This document shows positions 51,554-63,690 of a stretch of 64,000 nt of DNA, piece after piece. Position 1 is the first letter of the stretch; each line of letters starts with the position of its first letter. This DNA is from Octopus bimaculoides (lineage: Eukaryota), in NCBI RefSeq assembly GCF_001194135.2, contig NC_068983.1, positions 167,941,364 to 168,005,363 of the forward strand, read 5' to 3'. Below the pieces are notes generated by a model. That model searched no databases, had not been told where the DNA came from, and was given only the letters and a program-made list of their open reading frames with translations. A program made the position numbers and the translations under genes.

Positions 51554-53163
51554 CTAGCAGAAATACCCGGCGTTGCCCGGGTTAAAGAGAATAATGAAAT
51601 CTAAAAACGCCGTCTAGACTACGCATCATCTTTATATATAGAGATGTATATACACACACGCACCCAAACACACGTATATATATATGTATATCAATATAAA
51701 TATATGAAAGTCAATGAAGTTTCGTAAAAGAAGGTGATCATGTACATACTTTCTTGCTGTTGTGATTATAACACCTCATTGTAAACTATGTTCCTTGTTT
51801 TCCCTTGTGGAGCATATACAAATAGGTTTTTTGTTGCTGCCCACTCTTGAGCAGCCAACATACAGTTGTCCATGTGAGAAGCAGGGCTCTTCCAAGAGAA
51901 GACCNNNNNNNNNNNNNNNNNNNNNNNNNNNNNNNNNNNNNNNNNNNNNNNNNNNNNNNNNNNNNNNNNNNNNNNNNNNNNNNNNNNNNNNNNNNNNNNN
52001 NNNNNNNNNNNNNNNNNNNNNNNNNNNNNNNNNNNNNNNNNNNNNNNNNNNNNNNNNNNNNNNNNNNNNNNNNNNNNNNNNNNNNNNNNNNNNNNNNNNN
52101 NNNNNNNNNNNNNNNNNNNNNNNNNNNNNNNNNNNNNNNNNNNNNNNNNNNNNNNNNNNNNNNNNNNNNNNNNNNNNNNNNNNNNNNNNNNNNNNNNNNN
52201 NNNNNNNNNNNNNNNNNNNNNNNNNNNNNNNNNNNNNNNNNNNNNNNNNNNNNNNNNNNNNNNNNNNNNNNNNNNNNNNNNNNNNNNNNNNNNNNNNNNN
52301 NNNNNNNNNNNNNNNNNNNNNNNNNNNNNNNNNNNNNNNNNNNNNNNNNNNNNNNNNNNNNNNNNNNNNNNNNNNNNNNNNNNNNNNNNNNNNNNNNNNN
52401 NNNNNNNNNNNNNNNNNNNNNNNNNNNNNNNNNNNNNNNNNNNNNNNNNNNNNNNNNNNNNNNNNNNNNNNNNNNNNNNNNNNNNNNNNNNNNNNNNNNN
52501 NNNNNNNNNNNNNNNNNNNNNNNNNNNNNNNNNNNNNNNNNNNNNNNNNNNNNNNNNNNNNNNNNNNNNNNNNNNNNNNNNNNNNNNNNNNNNNNNNNNN
52601 NNNNNNNNNNNNNNNNNNNNNNNNNNNNNNNNNNNNNNNNNNNNNNNNNNNNNNNNNNNNNNNNNNNNNNNNNNNNNNNNNNNNNNNNNNNNNNNNNNNN
52701 NNNNNNNNNNNNNNNNNNNNNNNNNNNNNNNNNNNNNNNNNNNNNNNNNNNNNNNNNNNNNNNNNNNNNNNNNNNACATGTATATGTATACATATACATC
52801 TCTCTCTCTCTCTCTTTCTGTCTCTCTTTCTCTCTCTGTGAAAGTATCTGTCACTACAGTATCGAAATGTGATTGTTTCAGTTAGTGGAATAGTTTCATT
52901 TTTAAAGTGAAAGTATTCGACATGAGTGTTTTTGTTTCACTTTTGACACGTAATACTTAAATAGTGGAGGAGATATTATGTTGCTGTGTGCTCGAACTCT
53001 GCAAGAAGTTAATAATTTTTTTTGACTAAAACACAACTGGAACCCTAAGTAAGGCATGTGTAAAATTTGAATGAAATTGGTTGCGTAGTTCTCGAGTTTT
53101 AGGGATTCACACAGACAGACAGACAGACAGACAGACACACATTCTCATTTTTATATATATAGA
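51554..53163 (-). mobile_element. Helitron (non-autonomous, spans an 871-N gap)
   Basis: On the minus strand it starts A|TCTATATATATAAAAATG and ends with the hairpin CCCGGGCAACGCCGGG followed by ...CTAG|T. It is inserted at A|T with no TSD, inside a SINE whose halves rejoin as gaatattggaaa|tgattgacac (compare gaatattaaaaa tgaatgacag near 44890). A (GACA)n tract lies near the 5' end. Confidence 0.85.
51905..52775. other. Assembly gap (871 N)
   Basis: Run of N. Smaller gaps at ~1953, 13045, 24212, 42422, 43045, 49001, 54902 and 56989. Confidence 1.
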
Positions 53164-53229
53164 TGATTGACACTGCTTGTATAAAAGTGACATTCATTTA
53201 CAACCACCACACAATGTCAAGACAGACAC

Positions 53230-53267
<38 letters not shown>

Positions 53268-55308
53268 CCTTCAATTTCTATTTACCAAATTCACCCAGAA
53301 AGCATTGGTTGGTCCAAAGTTATAATAGAAGACATTTTGCCCAAGGTGCCTCACAATAAGACTGAAATTACCATTTTTCAGAGTGTTTGCTCCACACAAA
53401 TTCTCGATTGGAAAACTTCCCTTATTTTGTTAATCTTGCCTGTACCTCCTGTTTTTTTTTTTCTTTCCTTTTATCTTGTATTCTCATATTTTGGTTTATT
53501 CCTATCAACAGTCTACTCCAGTTGCATTCTTAATATTTTCAAGAAGTCTTGACTGAATTTCTCAAAGACATGCCAGACCAGGTTGAAAGGATGCCAAACT
53601 ACCAACCAACCGACCGACCCAAAAAGCTCAAGAACTAAAGCCCAAACCTACACTAAACCATACCACTGACTTAGTCATCTTATTAGCAACATTGTTATTG
53701 CTTTGAGTCAGCTCTGATTGAGCAGAAGTATGATCAAAGGTGATTATCTAGTATTACACGTAGACAGAGCTTCAAGGACTACATTATTGAATGTGTTGGA
53801 GCATGAATTGAATTGAAATTTGGCTTCTATATCTAGAGATTAAGCAACTGCATTGACAATCCCTCATCAGTTTGTGAGCAGCACTCTAAGTGATTTGCAG
53901 TCTTGAAGTTCTGATTTATATCTCGTATGAATTTGAGCAATGATCTGCAAGTAGCTAACACACTTCACCATTATGTACACTGGTGCATATGTGAATAGGT
54001 GAGTGTACAAATATTAGAGCTTTATGTGAGCTTGCTCCTGCTTACAAGTGTTACAATGTGTGTGTGCGTGCATATTTAAATGCAGGTACATGTTTCAGAA
54101 TGTGTACACATTTTAGAGTATGTTCAAAAGCTAGAGCAAGTGTATGAGCATGAGTCCATGAATGAATGCAAGCTTGCATGTTTGTGTGAAAGAGACACAG
54201 GGAGTGCAAAATAGGTTATATGCTGCAGGTCCCTCACCTACGTGTGTGTAGAAAAGAGTCAACATGATGATGACTGTTATAAATATCTGTATTTATGGCT
54301 GAATGACAAAAGAGATGACTGGTTGCATAAACAGACATAGATTTCATAATAGGTTTTATAGAAATATAAAAGAAGAAAACAAACAAATAGAACTTTATGA
54401 GTGTTCCAGAAACATGCTATTTATTCATGAAGATAACAACCAATATAATCGTATCTGATTAGAATAAACAAGATATTTTATTTACGTAAAGAAGGAACTG
54501 TAGCTATGAAACGAGATTGTGAGATATAAAAATATTTTAAATAAATATGAAGCCACCACACCAAATATGTTTTCCTGCAAATGAGACAGGAAAATCATTT
54601 TCACAGTTTCACGTGTTATGTTCAGAGTTTCTAATAAACTTCAAAACGATGGAGAATAGCAACGACCTTCATCTGACAGGGAATGGAAATCAATAACCAT
54701 TATAAGACAACCTTAAAATGATAGGGAATAAGGATAGCATGGAAAAAGAAGGTTCTTTTGGTGCAGCTGTCAACAATAAACATCTGGTCCTTAAGATTTT
54801 GATGTGATTCATTCACTGAGGCTCAAGTTGATATGGAATAGAGAAAGTACTCCAAAACATGGAACAATATACATCATATATATATATATATATATATATA
54901 TNNNNNNNNNNNNNNNNNNNNNNNNNNNNNNNNNNNNNNNNNNNNNNNNNNNNNNNNNNNNNNNNNNNNNNNNNNNNNNNNNNNNNNNNNNNNNNNNNNN
55001 NATATATATATATACTCATCAAGCCAAGTGAAATTGTCATTGTGGCTATTGACATTGACATGTAAATGGCACCTGTGAAACCGTAGTCATGGCCATTGCC
55101 AGTGCCCTGCAAATGACACCCATGCTGGTGGCATATAAAAAACACCCATTACACACTTGGAGTGGTTGCCATTAGGAAGGGTGTCCAACCATAGAAACCA
55201 TGCCAAATCAGACTGGAACCTGGTGCAGCCCTCTGGCTTACCAGTTCCAGTCAAACCAACTAACCCATGCCAGCATGGATGCAGATGTTAAATGATGAAG
55301 ATATATAT

Positions 55309-57930
55309 TCTTTTATACGTTTCAGTTCTAAGATTGTGACCATACTGGAGCACCACCAATGTAATCACTTTTCAATGGCCAATTTTATTTGATTGGCTTT
55401 TGGTGAAGGAAGGGGTTTGACACTGCTGCCCTCTTTTGAGTCTCTTGTCTCGATATAGGTTCATCTGGGACCTTGGATAGCAGAAGGTCAAGTTCTTTCT
55501 TGAAAACATCTATCCCTATTCCATAAAAATCCCTCAGATGTTTTGGAAAAGCATTAAGTAGTAGTGGGTCCTTGAATCCCAAGCTATTGCAGTACATGGG
55601 CTTCACATGGATAGTTGAGACCGTTGGACAGTGCAGTAATGTCCAATTCAGGGTCCGATATAGCTCTTGATAGCAAAGTTTGGTGCCAACCCTTCCAGGA
55701 TCTTCCCTACATACATCACTGCATACCTCTCCCATCTTTGTTCCAGGGAGGTGAATAGTAGCTCTTCCAGTCTCTCCCAGTAGCACAGCTGTTCTATCAA
55801 TGCAATCTTCCTGGTGTAACACTGCTGAACTATTTCAAGTTCTGTAGGGTGACCACAGTTGAGAGCAGTAATCCAGATGGCTGAGTACAAATGTCCTTCA
55901 TAGAACTAGCATAGTGACCTGGTCCCTTATTCTGAAGGTTCTCAGAATTCATCCAGCCATTTGCCTGCATACTGTCACTATCTTGGTGGCATGTGAAATG
56001 AGGCATCGTTGTTCATATCAATCCCCAGAAAACACACTGTACATGACTCTGGAATTACTTTTGGTCCAAAGTATTACTGTTGCAGCTCGTGAGCACCTAT
56101 TAGCTGGTAGTGGAGGGCTTGGAGTTTACCTACATTAAATTGCATGTTGTTTTCTTCACCCCATTTATATATGGCATCTGGGTCTTTCTGTAGAAGATTA
56201 ACACCAGAAGGTTCCTTGACTGCTTGTACTACTTTTGTATCCTCAGCAGAGCTAGTTAGTGCAGCTGTCTAACTGATGGCACATCTGAAAGAGCCACCAT
56301 GAACAACAGTAGCCCCAATACATTTACCTAAGGCACTCCACTCTCCATTACTGTCTCCCTGGAGACGGCCCCATTGCTTCCACAACCAGTTCCCCAGCTT
56401 CCCAGCTGTGCCAAGTTCCCATGATCCACCTGAAAGGCCTTTGCAAAATGCAGATATAGTACATCCACGTTTGAGCAATTCATTTGTTGTTTCAACACCC
56501 AGTCATAATACTGCAAACACCGTGTAAGGCAGCTTCTTCCTGAGTGGAAGCCATGCTGGGTGTCAGGGAGCAAGTCATTATCTTCAAGGAATGCAATCAG
56601 TTTCCTCCTGACAATGACTTTGCTGACATGGAAGGTTAAAGAGACAGGTCTATCATTTTTAGCATCTGCTCTCACATATTATGCCATCCTTTAACTTTTT
56701 GGAAAGTCTCACAGTTGCAAGGGAGCTCTGGATGAGAATCTGAAGTGGTCTTTTGCATGTCTTTAGGAGAGTTGCTGAGAATCCATCAGGGCTTACGGCT
56801 GAGTTTGAACTCATTTCATCAATGGCAGATATTACATCTGTTTCCTCTATTCTGATGCTATCAATAATCGCCATTCTTTGTGTAGAGATGTGGTGCCAAA
56901 GAACTTATCAGCATAGCTACTTGCAAGTGCGCCATTGAAATGGTGAAAACACTCTTGTATTGCAAATTCTGTATTTCACTGATCCTCCNNNNNNNNNNNN
57001 NNNNNNNNNNNNNNNNNNNNNNNNNNNGAGTCTGCAGTTGGTTGGCAAGCCATTTTCTTTGAACAGTGCCCTATCTTGTACTGTACTGAAGCAGACTCTT
57101 TTGCATGGTTCGTCTTAATATTTTGGACAGTTCTGGCTTCCTTTTCTGCCCTCTCCTTTTCATGGCAGTGTTTGAGTTCATTTTCTATCTCGAGCAATGT
57201 TTGTTTGAGATGGGATTGTTTGTTATCCTTTAGTGGCCCATTTAGATGGTTTCAGATTTTTGCTTGTTGTCTCATTAGAATCCTCCTAGCCCAGGGAATT
57301 ATATTTTTCTGTTGGTTTGGCATTCTCTCTGAAGCACAACTTACTGCAAATGTCATCATGCATGATTATCATACAGTGCTGCAGCTTTATGTCAACATCT
57401 TGCATTGAGAGATTGATTGGCCAGTTTTGTTTCGTGACCTCTTTCTCAATATCTTTCCAGTCAGCTTTGGGAAGGCTCAGGCTGAAGAGGAGTTGGGTGA
57501 TTCTAGTAGCCTGCATGTCTGTAGTTTTCTGCAGGCAATACAATGATTGTTCTATTAAGTTATGGTCTGAGAAAATTGCTGGTGTCACCTTAACATTATA
57601 GATGAGTGCAGCATTATTTGTAAAGCAGAGGCTCACATCTTCAAAGCTAATAAACACATTCCATCTTCTGGCCCACAGGTGTGCTGTCTTCTTTCTCTCC
57701 CCGTCTTTTCTATCATTACAACAGTGGCCTCTGCTCATTGCAGTTAGGTGATCTCATACCACCATTACTCAGGTACCCTCAACCTACATCTCTCATCGCC
57801 TTTGCTGTAGCCAGCCTCTTTCCCATCAACAATCTTCCTGCTCATGTCTTTCCTGCAACAGTTTAAATGGAATATTTAAAAGCATTAATCCCATCAGTCT
57901 TAGAGAACCTGCAAAACTCATGGGCACTGC
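55309..57930 (-). mobile_element. CR1-like LINE ORF2 remnant (APE C-terminus, linker, RT, 3' end)
   Basis: NVKVTPAIFSDHNLIE; DEMSSNSAVSPDGFSA; RPVSLTFHVSKV; LLPDTQHGFHSGRSCLT; YLHFAKAF; SGVP; LEQRWERYAVMYVGKILEGLAPNF. Heavily frameshifted and spans a gap. Confidence 0.85.
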
Positions 57931-58518
57931 CCCGTCCTCCAGACTCAGTAAAGAAAAATTGAACCCACATTCATTGATTCCAGATGAGAGTGCAATCTGA
58001 AAGTATAGCCTTATTAATGTAAAAACACACTCAAACTAATGAAAAGAGTTTTATTTATTTATATAAATACTACACATTATTCTTGTTCTCAATGTGTAGC
58101 TGAAAGACCTAACCCACCTTCTACCCCTGCAGGGAAATATTCGTTCCAAGTGACTCCTGAAAGCCTTACATAATGGCTAACAGCTTTAAAATCTAAAAAA
58201 AAACAAAAAACAACCATATGCTAATAATATACATCTGGTTTTCCCAGTTAGCAAATGAAGGAAAATCACAATAATCAATACATACAATTGTTAATAAAAC
58301 AAATGTTGATAAAGGATCGATAAGCTGTTCCACTTTTACTTTTGAGACAACATATTTTTCATATTCTCAATCCTGTCCAACAGTTCTATGAAGGACAAAC
58401 CAATTTCCATTCTATATTGAATTGTACTTCGGAGAGAGTTCACTTTGTAGGAAATCAAATGTGTAATTCTGTTTTAATGAATTGTGAAATTCATATTGAC
58501 AGATGTGTGTGTGTTAGA

Positions 58519-58554
<36 letters not shown>

Positions 58555-58562
58555 GATAATTT

Positions 58563-58775
58563 CCAAGGCAGTGAACTGACAGAGTCATAAACACACCAGA
58601 CAAAATGGCGTTCAGTCTGTGTTTACAGGAGATTAAATTCTGCCAAGGTAGACTTTGCCTTTCATCCTTTCAGGGTTGGTCAAATAAGAATCAGTTCAGT
58701 ACTGGGGTCGAAGTATTCGACTTATCCTCTCCCCCGAAATTACTGGCCTTGTGCCAAAATTTGAAACCATTATTG
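58563..58775 (+). mobile_element. SINE family B copy between (ATT)n runs
   Basis: ggcagtgaactgacagag...aaattctgccaaggtagactttgcctttcatcctttcagggt. Confidence 0.8.
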
Positions 58776-60119
58776 TAATAATTTCCTAGAAATTAGAAAT
58801 AACAAAATGAAATGCTATACTTTTAAAAGATAAGGAAAAGGTTTCTTCTAAAAAATCATAACCTGAGAGAAACCAATTCAACTCTGCAAACATTTAGTCT
58901 GCCATATTGATATTATCTCTGTTATGAACCTTTAACACTCCCAAGAACACATCCAGTCACACCATTTCTCTGTCATTCACCTTCCTGTGACTTGAGCGCA
59001 TACCCTGGAGCATCTTCACTACCATCTTTCTCTTCCAACTGGGGTAGCCATGAATCACCCCCACAGCAAGACACCTGTTTCTGACCCTGTATTACACTTT
59101 AATCTCTCGTCACCTGGCATAAACCACTTCCCTGAATACTAGTTCTCCTTCATTTGAGAAAGGTCTTGTCATACACATCAACTGGTGACCACAGTGGTGC
59201 TGGTGCCAAATAAAAAGCACCCAGTGCACTCTGTAAAGAGGTGGGTGCGACAAAAGAAAGGCATCTAGTCATAGAAACCATGCCAAAGCAGACACTGGAG
59301 CTTGATCCAGTTCTCTTGTTCGCAAGAGTTTCTCAAACCATCCGACCAATGCCAGAATGGAAAATGGACATCATGATGATGATGATGGCACTTATAGATA
59401 TTGTTATCTAGTTTTCTATACTGATGTTATTAGAAAACTAAAGAACAGGTTTTCAATATTTATGAACAATTTGTTAGATTTTCAATATTTATTAATGATT
59501 TGATTTTCAATAGAAAATCTAGATTTTCAATATTTATAAATAATTTGATTGTTGATAGAAAATTTTCAAATAATGTTTCTGCAAACAAAATGTTTTTTTG
59601 TGTTCTGCTTTTTCTTTAAAAATAAAAGTGGATTAAAATTTTGAAATATTTTAACCAACAATTTTGTCCAAACTGGTTTAGGTTGGAATCTCTATTCCTC
59701 AGAATATCAGCAGTCAGATCATAAGTATGCTTTTAAGAAATTCTCTGTAAATTATGCTAAACAATTTTCTTCAAAAACTGTTTCTAGTCTCCCAAACAAC
59801 AGTTCCAGATTCCCAAACTCTTTATTGTTAGGAGGATTCGAGAAAGAAAGAAATGTTTGATAGAGAGACATGGAATAATTACCACTTCAGCTACATGACT
59901 CAACTTTCTAATTTCACAACTGACTCGAGTTTTGACTCTACACACTTTGCAGCACATTTTCTCAAATTATATTTACTAATTAGAGTTTACAAAAGGTCAT
60001 AGCCCCTACCCCCACCCCCACCCATAAAAAAAACCCACATACTCTCCGATATATCTGTTTAGACATATATATATGTGTAGGGGGGAGACTAGCCACAGTG
60101 ACAGTTCAGAAAAGAGAAT

Positions 60120-60330
60120 GGCTCAGACTGTGTCGACGATAGTTTTGAAGTGAGAGGAATGCAAGAACCAAGATTTGCATGCATTAAAGTCTGCCAAGAT
60201 GATGAGTTCAGAGGATTGAGAGATATAACAGAGGACTTCAATATAGGAGTTGCTTAAACACCTGCTGGTAAGAGAACAATAAAACGGCAAAGATAGCAAA
60301 TGAATTGAGAGAAACAAAAAAAAAAGACTT
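60120..60330 (-). mobile_element. Probable LINE APE fragment
   Basis: SELIILADFNACKSWFLHSS resembles the APE IILGDFN motif. Confidence 0.45.
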
Positions 60331-60576
60331 TGTGTAAGAGCAACTGAAAGATTGGTGAATCAGAATAAAAGTGTCAGAGCAGAATTAAGCAGTTGCTTGC
60401 AAATGTCTGTTCACGACTATTTTAGGTGTCACCATACCGTGACAGTTCCAAGGGATAGAGTGTTTACAGGGACACAACACTAAAAGGTTAGGATAAAACT
60501 ATTAAACCTGATAAGCTGCTGGTATAGCACCTACATCCAGGATGAGTTATACCCATAAATCAGGCCAATTAGATTA

Positions 60577-61196
60577 GGGTACAACTCAACACCACCAACT
60601 TTGCCGACTTAATGTCAGGACAACCCAACATCAGGAAAATTGATTAATAAATAATTTATTCATTTTATAACATTATCAGGTATCAATAAAAGCTTAATTT
60701 AATACAGGACATAAATTTTAAAATTCGAATAAAAGTAATTGAGAAACTATACATTTTTAATACAATGCTAAAATTTACATGAGATATGTATTGAAAGTTG
60801 TATGCAATTCCCTTCAAATATTCTGTGAGAGACTGTTCTAGAAAAAAAAGAAAACAATATGAAGAATTCTATCATCTGCCTTCATATACTTCTTCAGTTT
60901 AGGGGAGAGCGATGACTTTCAATCAGTTGCTCAAAAAATGCATCTCGGTTTCTTTGCACCTTGTGCAGCCCATTTATGAATCCCCAGATTGTGGGGGGCT
61001 CCATTCCCAGCTCGGTCTGGAGTCTTCTATTTGCTGCTTCAGCATGGTTAGTTATCTGCGTCGATTTGGTCTCCCAATACAGGTATCTTACAAATTTCTG
61101 ATAATATTATAAAATGAATAAATTATCTATTAAGCAATTTTCCTGGTGTTGAGTTGTACTGGTATTGAGTCAGCAGTGGTGAGTTGTCCCTATTTG
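60577..61196 (-). mobile_element. Non-autonomous MULE with ~110-nt TIRs and transposase C-terminal remnant
   Basis: Imperfect long inverted repeats at ~60577-60690 and ~61085-61190. The 9-mer attagatta occurs at 60568-60576 and 61197-61205. Minus-strand ITNHAEAANRRLQTELGMEPPTIWGFINGLHKVQ...(K)KYMKADDRILHIV matches the MULE TNN..E..H...HP.IW.FI motif. Confidence 0.8.
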
Positions 61197-61721
61197 ATTA
61201 GATTAACATTTCAATTTTTAAAAAATGAATAACATCAAAACAGAAATCAGTTTCCAAGTAGCATGCTTCACTAAGACTATATCCTATAATTACAAATAAA
61301 ACACTCTAATTAGTCAATTCAGACAGGTACAAATGAAGCAGAGGTGGAGGAGACCAAGGGTGAAGTGATATTTCTCTAAAAAATAAGCATACAAAAATAA
61401 AATTTCACCATCTAAATAAGTTATTGGACTGATTATTATTATTATTACTATTTTTTGTGTAGCCTTGCTTGTGTAACATTACAAACTCTCTCCACAAAAT
61501 TCAACTGGAAATAAAGATTAAAAAGCTAGAATAATTAATACGGAATATTAACTACTAATTAGTATCATTGTGTTCTTCACAAAGTACATAATCTAAGGAA
61601 AGGCTCATGCAATGCTGTGGAAAATAGGAGTAATACAGGAATTCTACATTGCAGACAATAGAGTAGAATCAGAGATTTTATTGAGTGAAGATTCTATAGA
61701 AAGACACCCACCCACCCACAC

Positions 61722-61759
<38 letters not shown>

Positions 61760-61889
61760 CAAGTGACGAAGTGTGCAGTCAGCAGCATGCCAATGGCTGC
61801 AATAAGGTGCAGGGAGGCTGCTAGTGAGAGAGGACATGTGTTACCAGCAGCATGCCAACGGCTGCCACATGTGCATTATTAGAGGCCCA

Positions 61890-63690
61890 ACACTTGAAAG
61901 GAACTCAGCCACTTTGTCTCCATGAAGCCCAATGTTCAAAAGATACTCAGCCAATTTGCCTCCGTCAGGCCCAATGCTCAAAAGGTACTTAGCCACTTAG
62001 CATCTGTCAGGCCCAACGCTTGAAAGGTACTCAGTCATTTTGCCTTCGTGAGGCCCAACATTCAAAGGTTGATTTTTTTTACATGCCACCAGCATGCACT
62101 TGACTTAACAGTTCCTCTTAAGCAAAGCACATCGCCAAAGGTCTGGGTCACTAGTCATTGCCTCTGTGAGGTTCAAAGTTCGAAGGTCATGCTTCACCAC
62201 CTTGTCCCATGTCTTCCTGGGTCTACCTCTACCACAGATTCCATCCACAGAGATTGGCATTTCTTTACACAACTGTCCTCGTCCATACGCATCACATGGA
62301 CATGCCAGCACAGTTGTCTCTCTTGTCCAGCACATCTGATTCTTCTTATGCCTAACTGTTCTCTCAAGATGCTTACACTCTAACGAACTCACACACTGAC
62401 ATTGCACATCCAGCGAAGCATACTGGCTTCATTTCTTTCATGCCTACACATATCCTCAGTTGTCACAGTCCATGTTTCACTGCCATGCAGTATAGCTGTT
62501 CACACACAGGCATCAAACAATCTGCTTTTCACTCTGAGGGAGAGGCCTTTTGTTGCCAGAGGGGGTAAGAGCTCTCTGAATTTTGCCCAGCCTAATCTTA
62601 TTCTCACAGCTATACTCTCAGAACAACCACCTCCACTACTAACCTGGTCAACTAGATACCGGAAGCTATCTACTACCTCTAGCTTGCACCCCTGGCAGTT
62701 GATGGAGTCTATTTTCCATGCATGTTCAGCATTTATTAAGCTTGTGCACCTTCTACATACAAAAGTTAGTTTCCTTGTTAACCTTCCTCTGACGTTGCTG
62801 CACCTTTTGTGTGTCCAAAGCTTACACAGGGTGCATCTTATGGAGTTTCTACCTATACCTTTTCTACAGATTGAGCAGGGACATCTACCTGAGGGGATTT
62901 GTGATTTGTCTGCCTTCCTACTTATTAAGACTTTGGGTTTTATTAGGTTAACTCTAAGGCCCTTCAATTCTTGATCTTGTTTCCATACCTGGAACTTCTT
63001 CTCTAGATCAGGTAGTGATTCAGCTTTAAGAGCAAGGTCATCAGCATAGAGGAGCTCCCAGGGGCAACCTGTCTTAAATTCCTTTGTTATTGCCTAGAGG
63101 ACTATGATGAACAAGAGGGGACTGAGCACTGATCCTTGGTGAACCCCTGTGTGTACTCTGAATTCTTTGCTGTACTCACTGCCAACTCTCACCTTACAGG
63201 TAGCATCCCTGTACAAGGCTTGTACAGCTCTTACAAACCACTCATCTATCCCTAGTTTCCGCATTGACCACTAGATAATGGACTAGGGGACAGTCAAAAG
63301 CTTTCTCCAAGTCAACAAAAGCCAAGTACAGGGGTTTATCTTTGGCTAGGTATTTCTCCTGCAGAAATATAGCATCTCATCTAGACTAACTCTCTCCCTG
63401 ATTAGTTGGGCTAGGATTCCCTCCATAACTTTCATCACCTGATCCAACAATTTGATACCTCTGTAATTATTTCAATCTAAGGCACCACCTTTACCTTTGT
63501 AGCAGTTAACTGTGATGCTGCTACACCAGTCAATTGAGTAGGGCTCTTTCATGAGCCACCTGATTTACAATACAGGTGACTAGGCCATAACCCACACCAC
63601 CAGATATTTCAAGCATCTCAGCGGTGATTCCTGATAGGCTGGGAGCTTTCCTTGTCTTCATATCCTTAATTGCTTTTGAAATCAACCCTT
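61890..63690 (-). mobile_element. RTE-clade LINE, 5'-truncated, longest copy (RT, PHD finger, C-terminus, 3'UTR repeat array)
   Basis: KAIKDMKTRKAP..SGITAEML, NYRGIKLLDQVMKV, LAFVDLEK, GVHQGSVLSP, GCPWELLYADDLAL, GLRVN, PHD motif, SFRYL, GRGRPRKTWDKVVKHDL. Frameshifts and stops are present. Confidence 0.93.

Larger units (their letters stand above)
51410..53370 (-). mobile_element. SINE A1 copy split by the Helitron
   Basis: The halves 51410-51553 and 53164-53370 are collinear with the intact copies. Confidence 0.8.

Noticed and set aside
51762-52872. Long ORFs of 337-362 aa in the track
   Set aside because: They are almost entirely X from the N gap.
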